Assembly (NCBI RefSeq): GCF_035594765.1
Contig: NW_026943820.1
Location: forward strand, 5,216,647 to 5,280,646
DNA from: Anolis carolinensis
Taxonomy: Eukaryota
Direction: 5' to 3'
DNA length: 64,000 nucleotides
The notes under the pieces are model-generated. The model was not told the origin of the DNA and did not search any database. It worked only from the letters and a program-made list of their open reading frames with translations. The position numbers and the translations under genes are program-made. Below are positions 1 through 12,394 of this stretch, piece by piece; the stretch's first letter is position 1, and the number at the start of each line of letters is the position of its first letter.

Positions 1-66
1 AAAATACACACATATAATATATATATACACACACAAATATATATTTATACACACACATATATAATA

Positions 67-694
67 CAGTAGAGTCTCACTTATCCAAGCTAAACGGGCC
101 GGCAGAACCTTGGATAAGCGAATATTTTGAATAATAAGGAGGGATTAAGGAAAAGCCTATTAAACATCAAATTAGGTTATGATTTTACAAATTAAGCACC
201 AAACCATACAACAAATTTGACAGAAAAAGTAGTTCGATATGCAGTAATGCTATGTAGTAAGTAAGGTAAAGGTTTCCCCTGGACGTTAAGTCCAGTCATG
301 TCTGACTCTAGGGGTTAGTGCTCATCTCCATTTCTAAGCCGAAGAGCCGGCATTGTCTGTAGACACCTCCAAGGTCATGTGGCTGGCATGACTGCATGGA
401 GTGCCATTACCTTCCTGCCAGAGCGGTACCTATTGCTCTACTCACATTGGCATGTTTTCGAACTGCTAGGTTGGCAGAAGCCAGAGCAACAACCTGGGAC
501 CTTTCAGTCTGCAAGTTCAGCAGCTCAGTGCTTTAACACACTTTGCCACCGGGGCTCTAATGCAATGTAGTAATTACTGTATTTACGAATTTAGCACCAA
601 AATATCATGATATATTGAAAATATTGACTACAAAAACGTATTGGATAATCAAGTACCTTGGATAAGCGAGTCTTGGATAAGTAAAACTCTACTG
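67..694. mobile_element. Tc1/mariner-superfamily MITE (TIR CAGTAGAGTCTCACTTATCCAA, TA target) interrupted by a SINE
   Basis: TIRs and TA flanks. Same family at 4789-5111, 9729-10032, 23118-23424, ~28487-28765, 33719-34041, 39123-39430, ~41587-41785, 41875-42192, 48902-49685, 57485-57807, 58324-58643. Confidence 0.85.
261..557 (-). mobile_element. Sauria-type SINE inserted in the MITE
   Basis: ACCTTT-type tail on minus strand; 16-bp TSD TAATGC(T/A)ATGTAGTAA at 245-260 and 558-573. Confidence 0.8.
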
Positions 695-854
695 TACGTC
701 ATAACTGTATTCTCAATTTGCTTCTGACATGGTAAGATTATTATTATAGAAGATGGATGGCCATCTACGGGGAGGGCTTGGACTGTGCCTGTCCTGTGTG
801 GTAGAAAGGGGGTGGGTGGGGCTGGATGGCCTCTGGGGTCCCTCCATCGCTCAC

Positions 855-1231
855 CGGCAGCTGTGGGCGAAGGGCGGGAGGCGGGCGAGGAGGCGGTCGA
901 GGCCAGCCTCGGTGCCGGAGAAGCCTCTGCGCGTCTGGGCGGTGCACTCGGCGGAGCGGATGAAGGTCTTGTAGTGGGCGAAGGCCAGGGCGCGGGTCTG
1001 GGCGCCCAGCTGGGCCCGCTCCTCGGCCAGGCGCCCGGGCTCCCTCCGCAGCGCCTCCAGGCCCAGCCCGGACAGCCGGCCCAGGTAGGCCTCCTCTCCC
1101 GAGGAAGGAGAAGAAGCCGGGGCCTGACCTCGCCCGCGGAACAGCCAGGCCAGGAGGCTGGCCTCCTCCAAGTCCGAAGGCCCTGAAAGCCCCGAAGGCC
1201 CAGGAGCGGAGGGCTCCTCAAGAGCCGCCAT
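855..1231 (-). CDS. COG8: Conserved oligomeric Golgi complex subunit 8, exon 1 (rest of gene lies outside the window)
   Basis: ATG at 1231; MAALEE...YLGRLSGLGLEALRREPGRLAEERAQL...LAFAHYKTFIRSAEC...LPPFAHSCR matches the COG8 N-terminus; donor CG|GTGAG after 855; head-to-head with NIP7 as in mammals. Confidence 0.96.
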
Positions 1232-1403
1232 GACGGCCGCGACGTGGAGCAGGAAGTGATCGCTATGGCAACACCGCGGCCACTTCCGGGAGGGGCAGCA
1301 TTGAGCCACTTCCGGGAGTGGCAGCATTGAGCCACTTCCGGGAGTGGCAACATTGCGCCACTTCCGGTTTCCCGTTTCAGTTTCCTGCTTCGAAGCCTCC
1401 ACG
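1232..1403. promoter_or_regulatory. COG8/NIP7 bidirectional CpG-island promoter with tandem ETS/GABP motifs
   Basis: 172 bp between divergent ATGs; four CACTTCCGG motifs (CCGGAAGTG on minus) in a 26-bp tandem unit at 1279-1367; X-box-like GTTGCCATAGCGAT on minus at ~1259-1272. Confidence 0.8.
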
Positions 1404-1459
1404 ATGCGGCCGCTCACCGAAGAAGAAACCCGCGCGCTCTTCGAGAAACTCTCCAAATA
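1404..1459 (+). CDS. NIP7: 60S ribosome biogenesis factor NIP7, exon 1
   Basis: MRPLTEEETRALFEKLSKY, donor TA|GTAAG; full model 1404-1459, 3110-3196, 3433-3571, 4092-4232, 4323-4442 = 543 nt, 180 aa. Confidence 0.97.
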
Positions 1460-1608
1460 GTAAGCTTCGGGCCCACGGCTGCTGGAGGTTCCTAATTGCT
1501 GGAGGAGTGGGTGGTTGTTATTGTTATAGCAGGCACGGGCAAACTTCTGCCCTCCAGGTGTTTTGGACTTCAACTCCCACAATTCCCGCCCTCAGGCCCT
1601 TTTCTTTT

Positions 1609-2580
1609 CCTGGACAGGAGACAATCAGGGCCAGCTAACACCTCCCAACAAAGGATTCCCCCGGGCAGCAATAGCCAGGCTTTGAAGCTGCAAGGCCATC
1701 CAATGCTGTCTATGTTTTTTTTTTATTAATTTATCAATCAAAATGTATAAGTTTACATTTTCCTCATTTTACAATATCTTAAAAATATCATGTTGTATAC
1801 AATCCGACAGTAAAAAAATCAAGCATCTTTAAACATATTTCTTATCAGTTTTAGACTTTTCCATTACAACTTTACTACATATCTCTCTACTACACCCTTT
1901 TATCTACTTATACATATTTTATTTATTATTATTCAGGAGATAATACTTCTGGAACATGGCCACACAGCCCGAAAGACATACAACAACCCTATTATTACTA
2001 TTGTTATTATTGTTATTGTTATACTTTCCCCCCTCTTCCCTTCCCTTTATTTTGTGCCACCTTCACCAACCAACTCATATTGTTTCACAAGTCCAAAATT
2101 TCATTGTCTCTGTTGCTGGCTTATACCCCTTTCCCTCATTAAAAAATATACTCAATACATTTTCATCCAATGCTAATCAAGGTGGCCAACTGCAACATTC
2201 ACACTCGCCTCCAACAGACAAGGATTCTTTCTCCCACCTTGGACATTATTCCACAGATATTTATTTCTTTTCTACATTTATACACCGCTCTCTCTCACCC
2301 CGAAAGGGACTCAGAGCGGCTTACAAGTTGTATTTACATACAATATATTATATCATTAGCATAGCACAATAATAGTATTATATATTACTATATTGCACTA
2401 TACCACTATACCGTAATATTAGTAGTAATATTACATTTAATATATAATATAAACCCCACTTGCCTCATTTCCAACAGATCTCACAACCTCTGAGGATGCC
2501 TTCCATAGATGTGGGCGAAACATCAGGAGAGAATGCTTCTGGAACATGGCCAGACAGCTCGGAAAACTCACAGCAACTCT
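1609..2580 (+). mobile_element. Penelope-like element 3' region with nested insertions
   Basis: Same sequence as the copies downstream of the GIY-YIG ORF; split by a poly(A)-tailed minus-strand insert (1708-2163, TSD CATCCAATGCT) and an L2-tailed insert (~2260-2450). Confidence 0.7.
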
Positions 2581-2648
2581 GTGATATCTTTAATGTTTAA
2601 ACCATGGATAGTTTTAAGCATCATTGAACATCACACATGGGTTTTAAT

Positions 2649-2911
2649 TTTTTTTCGTGTCAGGAATCGCTCCTGGTGTGAGAGAATTGGCCGTCTGCAA
2701 GGACGTTGCCCAGGGGACGTTGCCAGAGTGTTTTGATGTTTTTTTTTATCATCCTTGTGGGAGGCTTCTCTCATGTCCCCGCATGGAGCTGGAGCTGATA
2801 GAGGGAGCTCATCCGCGCTCGCCCCGGGTGGGATTCGAACCTGGCAGCTTTCAGATCAGCAACCCAACTTTCAAGTCACAAGGCTTTAATCCACTACGCC
2901 ACTCGGGGCTC
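2649..2911 (-). mobile_element. tRNA-derived Anolis-type SINE
   Basis: Pol III A box TGGCGTAGTGG and B box GGTTCGAATCC on minus, A-tail. Copies at ~6745-7010, 24250-24343, ~35560-35800, ~55366-55925, ~60270-60520. Confidence 0.75.
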
Positions 2912-3109
2912 CACCGGGTTTTAATTAATGGTCTTGATATTAGTATGTACATTTTAAAATATGTTCTGAGCCGCCTTGGGTCTGCTTGGGAGAAAAGCGG
3001 CATAGAAATTGCAGAAATAAATAAATGTGTATGGTTCAACCCTGTGGACCCCATGAAGCCATTCCACTCCCATAGAAACCTGACTTCGGCTCTTTCTCTC
3101 TCTCCGCAG

Positions 3110-3196
3110 CATCGGGGAGAATATCCAGCTCCTGATCGAGCGTCCGGACGGAGCCTACTGCTTCCGCCTCCACAAGGACCGTGTCTACTACCTCAG
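3110..3196 (+). CDS. NIP7: NIP7 exon 2
   Basis: pyrimidine tract + CAG; [28 protein letters not shown]; donor AG|GTCAG. Confidence 0.96.
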
Positions 3197-3241
3197 GTCA
3201 GGCCCGTGGATGCCAAAGCAGTTTGATCTGACTCTCAAGAG

Positions 3242-3375
3242 CAGGCATGGGCCAACTTTGACCTTCCGGGTGTTTTGGACTGCAACTCCCACAATTCCTA
3301 ACAGCCGGTAGGCTGTTAGGAATTGTGGGAGTTGTAGTCCAAAACACCCGGAAGGCCAAAGTTGGCCCATGCCTG
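3242..3375. mobile_element. 134-bp palindromic hAT-type MITE
   Basis: CAGGCATGGGC...GCCCATGCCTG fold-back; copies at ~48255-48385 and 53123-53256, partial copies elsewhere. Confidence 0.8.
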
Positions 3376-3432
3376 CTGTAGATGCACCCCAAGCCTCCTC
3401 AATTTGTAGTAAAAACTATTATTATTTCTTAG

Positions 3433-3571
3433 TGAGAGGATCTTGAAGCTGGCTACAAACGTTCCCCGCCAGAACCTGATCTCCTTGGGCACTTGCTTTG
3501 GGAAGTTTACCAAGACACAGAAGTTCCGCCTCCACATCACTGCCTTGGATTACCTGGCCCCTTATGCAAAG
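3433..3571 (+). CDS. NIP7: NIP7 exon 3
   Basis: [46 protein letters not shown]; donor AAG|GTAAA. Confidence 0.96.
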
Positions 3572-3600
3572 GTAAATGTGGGCATTCTCTTCTCACTCCT

Positions 3601-3880
3601 CTTTATTTGTTTACTACATTTATACCCCGCCCTCTCTCACCCCGAAGGGGACTCAGAGCGGCTTACAAGTTATATTTGCATACAATATATTATATCATTA
3701 GCATAGCATAATAACAGCATTATATATTACTATATTGCACTATACCACTATACCGTAATATTATTAGTAATTACATTTAATATATAATAAATATTATTAT
3801 ATTGTATTATTATTAGTATTATATTGCATTACATTATTAGTATCAATATTACATGTATATATAAGATATTATATTATTAT
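3601..3880 (-). mobile_element. Non-LTR element 3' end with L2-type stem-loop tail and very AT-rich body
   Basis: On minus: TGTAAGCCGCTCTGAGTCCCCTTCGGGGTGAGA...TATAAATGTAGTAAACAAAT; variably 5'-truncated copies at ~2260, 22905-23510, 26190-27960, 32365-32680, 36555-37930, 39555-39710, 57386-57965. Confidence 0.6.
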
Positions 3881-4091
3881 CATAGTTGTAACTCTGCTTT
3901 GCCAATAGGAGGAAAAGTATTTTGCTGAGTTCCCAGTGTGTACGCTTTCCCAGACATTGGGGCCTGCAGGATATATTTTTTCTTTCTGGGTGTTTTTGGT
4001 GTTAGGTGGTGAACCTTTGTGCACCTTCACATGACTTATTCCTTAGCCTGTAGGATTTCCTAGCTGTCTCTTCCTTTTCTTCCTCCCACAG

Positions 4092-4232
4092 TACAAGGTC
4101 TGGGTGAAGCCCAGTGCAGAGCAGTCCTTCCTCTACGGGAACCACGTCCTGAAGTCCGGCTTGGGGCGCATCACAGAAAGCACGTCCCAGTACCAAGGAG
4201 TGGTGGTCTACTCCATGGCTGATGTCCCGTTG
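4092..4232 (+). CDS. NIP7: NIP7 exon 4 (PUA domain)
   Basis: [47 protein letters not shown]; donor GTGAGT. Confidence 0.96.
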
Positions 4233-4322
4233 GTGAGTGACCGGCTCAAAGATCTGGGAAGACTCTTTTTCAAAACAAGAGTCTTAATTGGGCTTTTCTC
4301 CCTTTGGATCTTCCTTCCACAG

Positions 4323-4442
4323 GGCTTTGGAGTGGCGGCCAAGTCTACCCAGGAGTGCCGCAGGATGGACCCCATGGCCATCGTAGTCTTCCACCAAGCA
4401 GACATCGGGGAGTACATCCGGCACGAAGAGACCCTGACTTAA
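4323..4442 (+). CDS. NIP7: NIP7 exon 5 (last)
   Basis: [39 protein letters not shown]-stop. Confidence 0.96.
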   Translation, partial: GFGVAAKSTQECRRMDPMAIVVFHQADIGEYIRHEETLT

Positions 4443-5395
4443 GTCCAGGGAACCCCAAAGACTTGGAAAAACAAGAGATTATATTCTGGACTTTTTGTCA
4501 CCCCCTTTTCTATAGACTGGAGAGCCTACTTGTGTGTATTTGGAAGCAGTGGAGAAACAGCCGCTTGTTCGGTGATGGATCAAGTATCACCGCTATGCTT
4601 TTTTTTGGGATGTAATCACAGACCTAACTGGTCTGGCAGGAAATGATAAAAGATATTTGATTGTATGCCTTTGATTGCCTCCTTGGTGGGGCATACAGCC
4701 TTTGCCATTATCCCCAGCTTAGGTGGCTCTTTATCGCTGAATTGCCACAAAGCAGCTTTGCTTTAGTAATCATGACTGCCACTAAGTACAGTAGAGTCTC
4801 ACTTATCCAACACTCACTTATCCAATGTTCTGAATTATCCAACGAATTTTTGTAGTCAATGTTTTCAATACATCATGATATTTTGGTGCTAAATTCATAA
4901 ATACAATAATTACTACATAGCATTACTGTGTATTGAACTACTTTTTCTATCAAATTTGTTGTATAACATGATGTTTTGGTGCTTAATTTGTAAAATCATA
5001 ACCTAATTTGATGTTTAATAGGCTTTTCCTTAATCCCTCCTTATTATCCAACATATTTGCTTATCCAACGTTCTGCCGGCCCGTTTATGTTGGATAAGTG
5101 AGACTCTACTGTAATAAGCCTTTTTAGAATGGAAGAAAAAGCCTATACAAAACCTAGGAATCTATATGAATTGTGGGGAGGTCCTGGCTTCAGCCCCAGA
5201 TTTTCAGCTCAATAAGCAAATAGTGTGGAGGGGAGCACAGAAGGAAAGGTGTGGTACCTGCATGGAGTACCTGTTAATTAACTGGGTCTGGAGTTAACTG
5301 TGCTGCCAGTGTCAGTTCTGCTGTATACGGAATGCATGCAGTCATTGCATTAGGAAAGGCTTCAACAAAGAGAGTGCTCTTTTATCTTGACCAGC

Positions 5396-5401
5396 TTTAT
5401 T
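5396..5401 (-). terminator. Probable TMED6 polyadenylation signal (AATAAA)
   Basis: TTTATT on + strand about 200 nt downstream of the TMED6 stop. Confidence 0.55.
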
Positions 5402-5596
5402 GTGGATGGAGAGCAGGTGAGTCAGTCCCTTTCAGTTATCACAGTGGTGCCTGGATCGTTCCAATTTGGTCCCTGAAAGCCAAGCCAAGATGTACGGAAG
5501 CACTGCCCTTAGCCCTTTCCTGGTATTTCAGGGCTCCGCCTTCCTTTTGGGGCCTGCAGGAGATGGTTGAGTGGGGCCAGGCCAAGCACCTGGTCT

Positions 5597-6001
<405 letters not shown>

Positions 6002-6228
6002 TCAAAGCCTGAAGCTGAGAGTGTAATTGGCTCCCAAAAACCGAATTGAATATGGCCCTTGGGACAGAAAGGTGCCCGATAAGTATCCTCCGTCACATCT
6101 TTGGCCCAAGAGGAGCCATGTCTCTCTCTCTTAACCCCTTTCACAACCAGAAGCCCCTATTTTGGAATGGTCTTGAGTTCCTGTCTGTCCCACATTTACT
6201 TTTTCCCATATGCTACATAATATTCTCA

Positions 6229-6435
<207 letters not shown>

Positions 6436-7430
6436 TTAGATTAGGAGGCTTTCCCACAAAAGTGCTACTGGGCCACATTGATGGGAGAAACTGGCAAAGA
6501 GGTTCAACGTGCTTCCTTCAAGGCCCGTGGGGATAAGATTCCTTTGTATCTGTATGTTCAAACCCTTCAGTGTGTCTCAATCTACTCTCCACTAGGCACT
6601 AAAATTGACATGGATTGGAGGCTTCAGGCTAAAAATAGTGGGCCCTGGATACATTTTGTCTTTTTGCATGTGGTCAGTGCAGAATTCTGACACCCAAAAG
6701 GACATACAATGGTTAGGTAAGTGGAATGAGTGCACTTAGGTCACTTTTTTTCATGTCAGGAGCAACCAGAGTTGCTTCTGGAGTGAGAGAATTGGCTGTC
6801 TGCAAGGACGTTGCCCAGGGGACACCCAGATGTTTTGATGTTTTACCATCCTTGTGGGAGGCTTCTCTCATATCCCCGCATGGAGCTGGAGCTGACAGAG
6901 GGAGCTCATGCGTGCTCTCCCCAGGTGGGATTTGAACCTGGCAGCCTTCAGGTCAGCAACCCAACCTTCAAGTCACAAGGCTTTTATCCCCTAGGCCATC
7001 GGAGGCTCCACTTAGGTCACTAATGGGATCCAGATCGAATACATGGGGTTTTGAGCTGCCCATTTCGCCAATGCTCTTCTGTAGCCTCCATAGCTGTGAC
7101 TTTTCCTTCTTTTGGCAAGTCAAATACCAAAGTCAGGAGGGCTGATTGTTTGGTACCCAAATCCATGGCGGCTCAAGTCCCATTATTTACAATAGGATAG
7201 CATAATGGTATTCCTTATGTAAAATGGTCAAATGAAGGCTCTGGTCCTTGTTTTGATGGGTCCAATCTTCCAAGTCAAGCCAGCTTTAGCGCTTTCTCAA
7301 CCAGTTGCCTTACTTCTAAGGTAGGTCTTTATTATACCTGTGGTCAAAATACACCCTTCCCTTGGCCTCCCCCTGCTTCCTCATTATGGGAGGTCAGGTT
7401 AAGAGGGTTCGAGGTGGGGCTTTAGGTCAC

Positions 7431-7560
7431 CTGTCTCCATAGTGTGGAAGTGGATCAGCCCCCGGATGTCCTGCGAGGTGCCAAGATGAAGGCCGTTGGG
7501 GTCGTTGGCTGTGGCCAGGATATGCCTGCTGTCTTGGCCGATCCCGGAGCTCCACTGCAC
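7431..7560 (-). CDS. TMED6: TMED6 exon 2
   Basis: VQWSSGIGQDSRHILATANDPNGLHLGTSQDIRGLIHFHTMET; phases fit exons 1 and 3. Confidence 0.92.
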
Positions 7561-7639
7561 CTGGAAGGGAGACACAAGGAGATTGGGCAGGGAATTCCCT
7601 TTGGGGGTCTGGGTGGTTTAGGAAGGAAGAGGTGTAATC

Positions 7640-7937
7640 CAAGACTGTAAATGAGTTGCTACTACTTTTTGTAATATATCATTCACACATACCTATATAA
7701 ACGTGTGTATGTATATATGTATATATATCCCCAAGCTGATGGCGAATGTTAAGGATGCTTTCTCAACTGCAAATGCCAAAATCCCGCAAGACTGTAAATG
7801 AGTTGCTAATACTTTTTGTAATATATCATTCACACACACATATATAAACATGTGTATGTATATATGTATATATATCCCCAAGCTGATGGAGAATGTTAAG
7901 GATGCTTTCACAACTGCAAATGCCAAAATCCCGCAAG
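7640..7937. repeat. Direct tandem duplication (~148 bp x2) in TMED6 intron 1
   Basis: CAAGACTGTAAATGAGTTGCTA...GCCAAAATCCCG repeated at ~7640 and ~7787. Confidence 0.85.
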
Positions 7938-7976
7938 ATGACAAAGCCCAGGGGAAGCTCCCGAGCCCTATACTCA

Positions 7977-8393
<417 letters not shown>

Positions 8394-8397
8394 TCAG

Positions 8398-8410
8398 GTT
8401 AACGATTAAC
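8398..8410. promoter_or_regulatory. HNF1-type palindromic site in the TMED6 proximal promoter
   Basis: GTTAACGATTAAC vs consensus GTTAATNATTAAC (1 mismatch), ~100 bp upstream of the ATG. Confidence 0.55.
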
Positions 8411-10340
8411 TCAGCCACTCACGCAGCCTTGCGCTTGTCACTTGTTCCTCAAGGAAACCTTATTGGTGCCCTTTGAAGGATGGATGGGGGAAACCCATAG
8501 ATTTGAAACCTGCAACCCCATCTAACTCGCCAGGGATGATGGAACACGAAGTCCAGTGCCGACTGGAAGCCAAGACATTTTCCATCACTGCTGTAAATTT
8601 TTCTTCTCCTAGGAATCTGCAGCGATCCTCAATTTGCTTTTCTTCAAGGTGCCCGAAGGGCTCTAAAGAGTCAGAAAATCTACAAGTTAATTTATCATAG
8701 CTGCCACTTTCACACCACTTTTTCAATACAGAACGTAAGTTGACATACATCCTGCAAGGCAGACCGGCCCCAAGGCTGTCCAATGGGATTCTCAGCTGAG
8801 TGGAGCTTTGAACTCAGCTGTGCTTAAGGCGACAGACGCAGAGCTCAAGAAAAGTTACCCACTGGGAGAACATGCAGAGAAACTAAACATTACAATCTGA
8901 GATCCTTGGCGCTCATGCATAACTTTTCAGCCTTCAACTCAGTCTATTTGTGTCAAGCTCTTTTCCACACTGCATCCTTTACAAAATCTGCCTCTTGCCA
9001 CGAGGCTTCTCCTTCCAAACCAAAGACCGAAGATCTTTTAAAAAAAGAATACAAACCTGATTGGCAGCATTCCTGTCCACCTGTGTTCCTTGCTTTTGAA
9101 AAGTTGCTCCACCAGACTGACTTCTCCTTGGTGGCCGCTGCAGCCGAAGGACACACATCATGGGTCCCAGGAGAGAGCTTTCCCAGCGGTGCAGATAAGA
9201 GAGAATGGCCCAGGAGACTGGGCAAACAGTTCTAGGAAAGGACAGCTCAGGAGGCACAGCAATAGCCAGAGCAACCAATTCTGTGTTTCTGGGTGAAACT
9301 GTTCCTGTTGCATGCTTTCAAGTCATTTCCAACCTATGGCAACCTTGTTGGCCAATTCTCCCAAGGCTGAGAGAATGTGACCCAGCACGTTTTCATGGTG
9401 AAGCGGGGAGTCAAGCCTGGTCATCACAGCTATGGTCCACACTTTCTCCCAAACATTTCCTACCATTAAGTAAATATTTTCCAAATCTAGCAATAAGACA
9501 AGCCGAGCAATACCAGCACCAGGTTTAACACACACAACACACACTGAACTGGCAGATATAAAAGGCAGGCAAACAGGAGACCAGGTTAAGTCACACACCA
9601 CAAGTTGCAACAAAAAAAACACTGATAAAAGACGCACCAAGCCAGAGTTAGCCAGGCACCCCAATACCTTCATCCTATGTTGGTACTTACGTTCATTCCT
9701 CATCCTTGCCCAGGTTTGGTATTTAATACAGTAGAGTCTCACTTATCCAACATAAACGGGCCAGCAGAACGCTGGATAAGTAAATACGTTGGATAATAAG
9801 GAGGAATTAAGGAAAAGCCTATTAAACATCAAATTAGGTTATGATTTTACAAATTAAGCACTAAAACATCGTGTTTTACAACAAATTTGACAGAAAAAGT
9901 AGTTCAATACGCAGTAATGCTATGTAGTAATTACTGTATTTACGAATTTAGCACCAAAATATCACGATGTTTTGAAAACATTGACTACAAAAATGCGTTG
10001 GATAATCCAGAATGTTGGATAAGTGAGACTCTAATATACATACAGATCCTCTGAATATCAGAAACTACATTGTCCTGCTCTTTTTGCCATCATAAAACCA
10101 CTGTTTTGCCAGAATATTGATCTGCAGCCTCTTTTCAGTGAAACTACAACCCAGGTCCCATTCAAAATCAAGCTTCTGTGGCAATACGTTCAAAACAGTA
10201 ATCAGACCTAACAGGCAACTTCAGCAGTGGCATCTTATTATTATTAGCATCATCATCTTGTTTTCATCTCAAAGTAGCCTTGGAGCTTTCCCCTTGGAGA
10301 CCACAGACCCGAGAAGAAATGTGAGCAAATAATATAAAAC

Positions 10341-10346
10341 TTTATT
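10341..10346 (-). terminator. Probable TERF2 polyadenylation signal (AATAAA)
   Basis: TTTATT on + strand about 520 nt downstream of the TERF2 stop. Confidence 0.55.
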
Positions 10347-10869
10347 TTGCAAAAACATACAAAGTTAGCCCCAAATCTCTCTTTTGTTTGGCCTCAACGA
10401 GCCCTAAGAAAGAAAGAAAAAATCAAAGCCAAACGATAGATTATCCTCTCTCTATTCCATGGCACAGAAGTCTTTAAATTGTTAAAGTTAAGTCTCCAGG
10501 GAAGGCCCTGCCGCAGTCTATTTGGAAAATGAGAGGAAACATCTTAGGTCTCCTTTTTCACACACTGATGAGAACTCGGGGAAAATGGAGTCCCACCTTT
10601 TGCTCGCAATAGTTATCTTTCCACCTGTCCATCCACCCCCTTTGTCCTACCCTCCAACTATAGTCCAAGGAACAGGAAAAACAAGGATGTTGTGTGGAAC
10701 TGCCAAACAAATAGTGACTTTCGCAGGAAGGAGAAAGTGGACTTCCAGTCTCGTTGGCTGAACAAGGCCCTGCCACGAAGGCCAGTCCAATGCCAGAGGA
10801 AGCAGTTCTGGGCGATGTTTTCAAACTGCACAGGCCATGCTCTGCTGTCCTCCATTCTCCTCCACAGAT

Positions 10870-11028
10870 CTACTGGATCCCAAGCTTCTTCATGGTCCGC
10901 CAGCGGTCCTTTATCATGACTGGTGTTCGATCCTTGAAGGGATAGCTTTTGCAGATGGCCTTCCAATTGCCTTCTCCGTACTTCCTCACGCCGGCCCTGA
11001 TCCATTGGGACTCTTCCCTCGTCCACTT
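10870..11028 (-). CDS. TERF2: Telomeric repeat-binding factor 2, exon 10 (Myb/telobox)
   Basis: [52 protein letters not shown]-stop. Confidence 0.97.
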   Translation of the reverse strand, partial: KWTREESQWIRAGVRKYGEGNWKAICKSYPFKDRTPVMIKDRWRTMKKLGIQ

Positions 11029-11663
11029 CTGCAGGGAAAGCAGGAAAGGCTTCTGTGAGCCACAAGGATGGCCGAAACAGGGAGGGCTTTTCTAAACAAG
11101 CCCCCGATACTGACAAAAGGCAAGGCTCCTTGCACCGTTCTGTGACTTCCTCTCTCCAAGTGGCCAATAACTCAGGAAATGCTTTGGTCTGATGACACAA
11201 AGCCCACTGGGAGGCATTCTCTCTGTGTCTTAGTAGAGAACATACAGGGAATCGTAGTGACCCCTCCCTTAATGTGATTCAAAGGGAAAGTGTGCATATT
11301 TGTATATGCATAATGTACGCTTATGGAAGGAGAATGGCAAGGCAAGTGTTAAATATGCCAGAGAAGTGGAAAGACAGGGAAAATGGACATTGCTCTTTCC
11401 GTTTTTTATTTGTTGCATCGAATAAAATTATCTCCCAGCAAAAGGAAAACAACACAAAGCCCATGGAGATGACAGCAGAAATTCCTCAGATATCTCAGAA
11501 AATTTATGTTGTGTTATTCAAAACAAGGTAATGAACTATTCTGCCTTGCATTATTTGGACTATGATAATGAAAGATATGACACAGCCAGTGGGAGAAGTT
11601 GAGGGAGAGACAGTCAAAGCAATGGGTCTCTGTTGTGGGGGTCACTTGGGTATTTATATGGTA

Positions 11664-12175
11664 TATTTAAATGGTTCAGGTCCAACTTACTTATCTGACC
11701 GCATTTCCTCATACCAACCAGCACACTCTTTAAGATCTTCTGGTGAGACCTTACTCTCACTTCCATCACCATCGCAAATGCGACTGATATCAACGAGGGA
11801 TAGGCCATTTTCAGTAGCTGTCCCAACCCTGTGGAACACCCTCCCAAAAGAAATTAAAACAGCTCCCCCCTTTCTTTTTTCAATAACAAATTCAAAACTT
11901 TCCTGTTTAAACAGGCCTTTAGTGAAGGAAACTAAGTGATACTGGAGTGATAAGAAACACCATAATGTTTATGGACTGGAACAAAGTGCAATATAATCTG
12001 ACACGATGCCACAAGAATGTGAATGCATATTATTGTTTTAAACTGTTTATGATGTTTCATACTTATTATTGATGTATTGGTATTGTTGTTTACATTATTT
12101 TAAAATGTTGTAAACCGCCTTGGGTCCCACGAGAGAGAAAAGCGGGATAGAAATAAAGATTTATTATTATTATTA
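11664..12175 (+). mobile_element. L2 LINE 3' fragment
   Basis: LNGSGPTYLSD...LRSSG...RPFSVAVPTLWNTLP is L2 ORF2 C-terminus-like; ends in stem-loop + AATAAA + (ATT)n. Confidence 0.75.
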
Positions 12176-12345
12176 TTTTATTGTATGACACAGCAAACAA
12201 GATAGACATGCTGGATTTCGTTTCACAAAATCACAAGTCGAACACTTCCTAAGTGTCTAGGACTGTGTGATGTATTTTCGGATGATGCGTACAGATCCCA
12301 GTAGGGTGGCCTTTTGCAGTTGACAGATTGTAATTTTGTCTATTA
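12176..12345 (-). mobile_element. R4/Dong-clade LINE 3' end
   Basis: [24 protein letters not shown]-stop, embedded in (TAA)n; other copies ~24917-25000, 44335-44600, 54165-54500, 59700-59900. Confidence 0.7.
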
Positions 12346-12362
12346 TTATTATTATTATTATT

Positions 12363-12394
<32 letters not shown>

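Noticed and set aside
649-1582. Long ORFs 649-1353, 785-1186 and the upstream extension of 851-1582
   Set aside because: GC-rich shadow frames of COG8 exon 1 and the promoter; the extension runs through NIP7 exon 1 and a MITE
2820-2911. tRNA-like A and B boxes
   Set aside because: Head of a multi-copy SINE; no cloverleaf, so not a tRNA gene
3242-3375. Near-perfect hairpin as a pre-miRNA
   Set aside because: Multi-copy hAT-type MITE; the 53123 copy has an 8-bp TSD
8460-9300. Several 70-110 aa ORFs between TMED6 and TERF2
   Set aside because: No domain similarity or convincing exon structure
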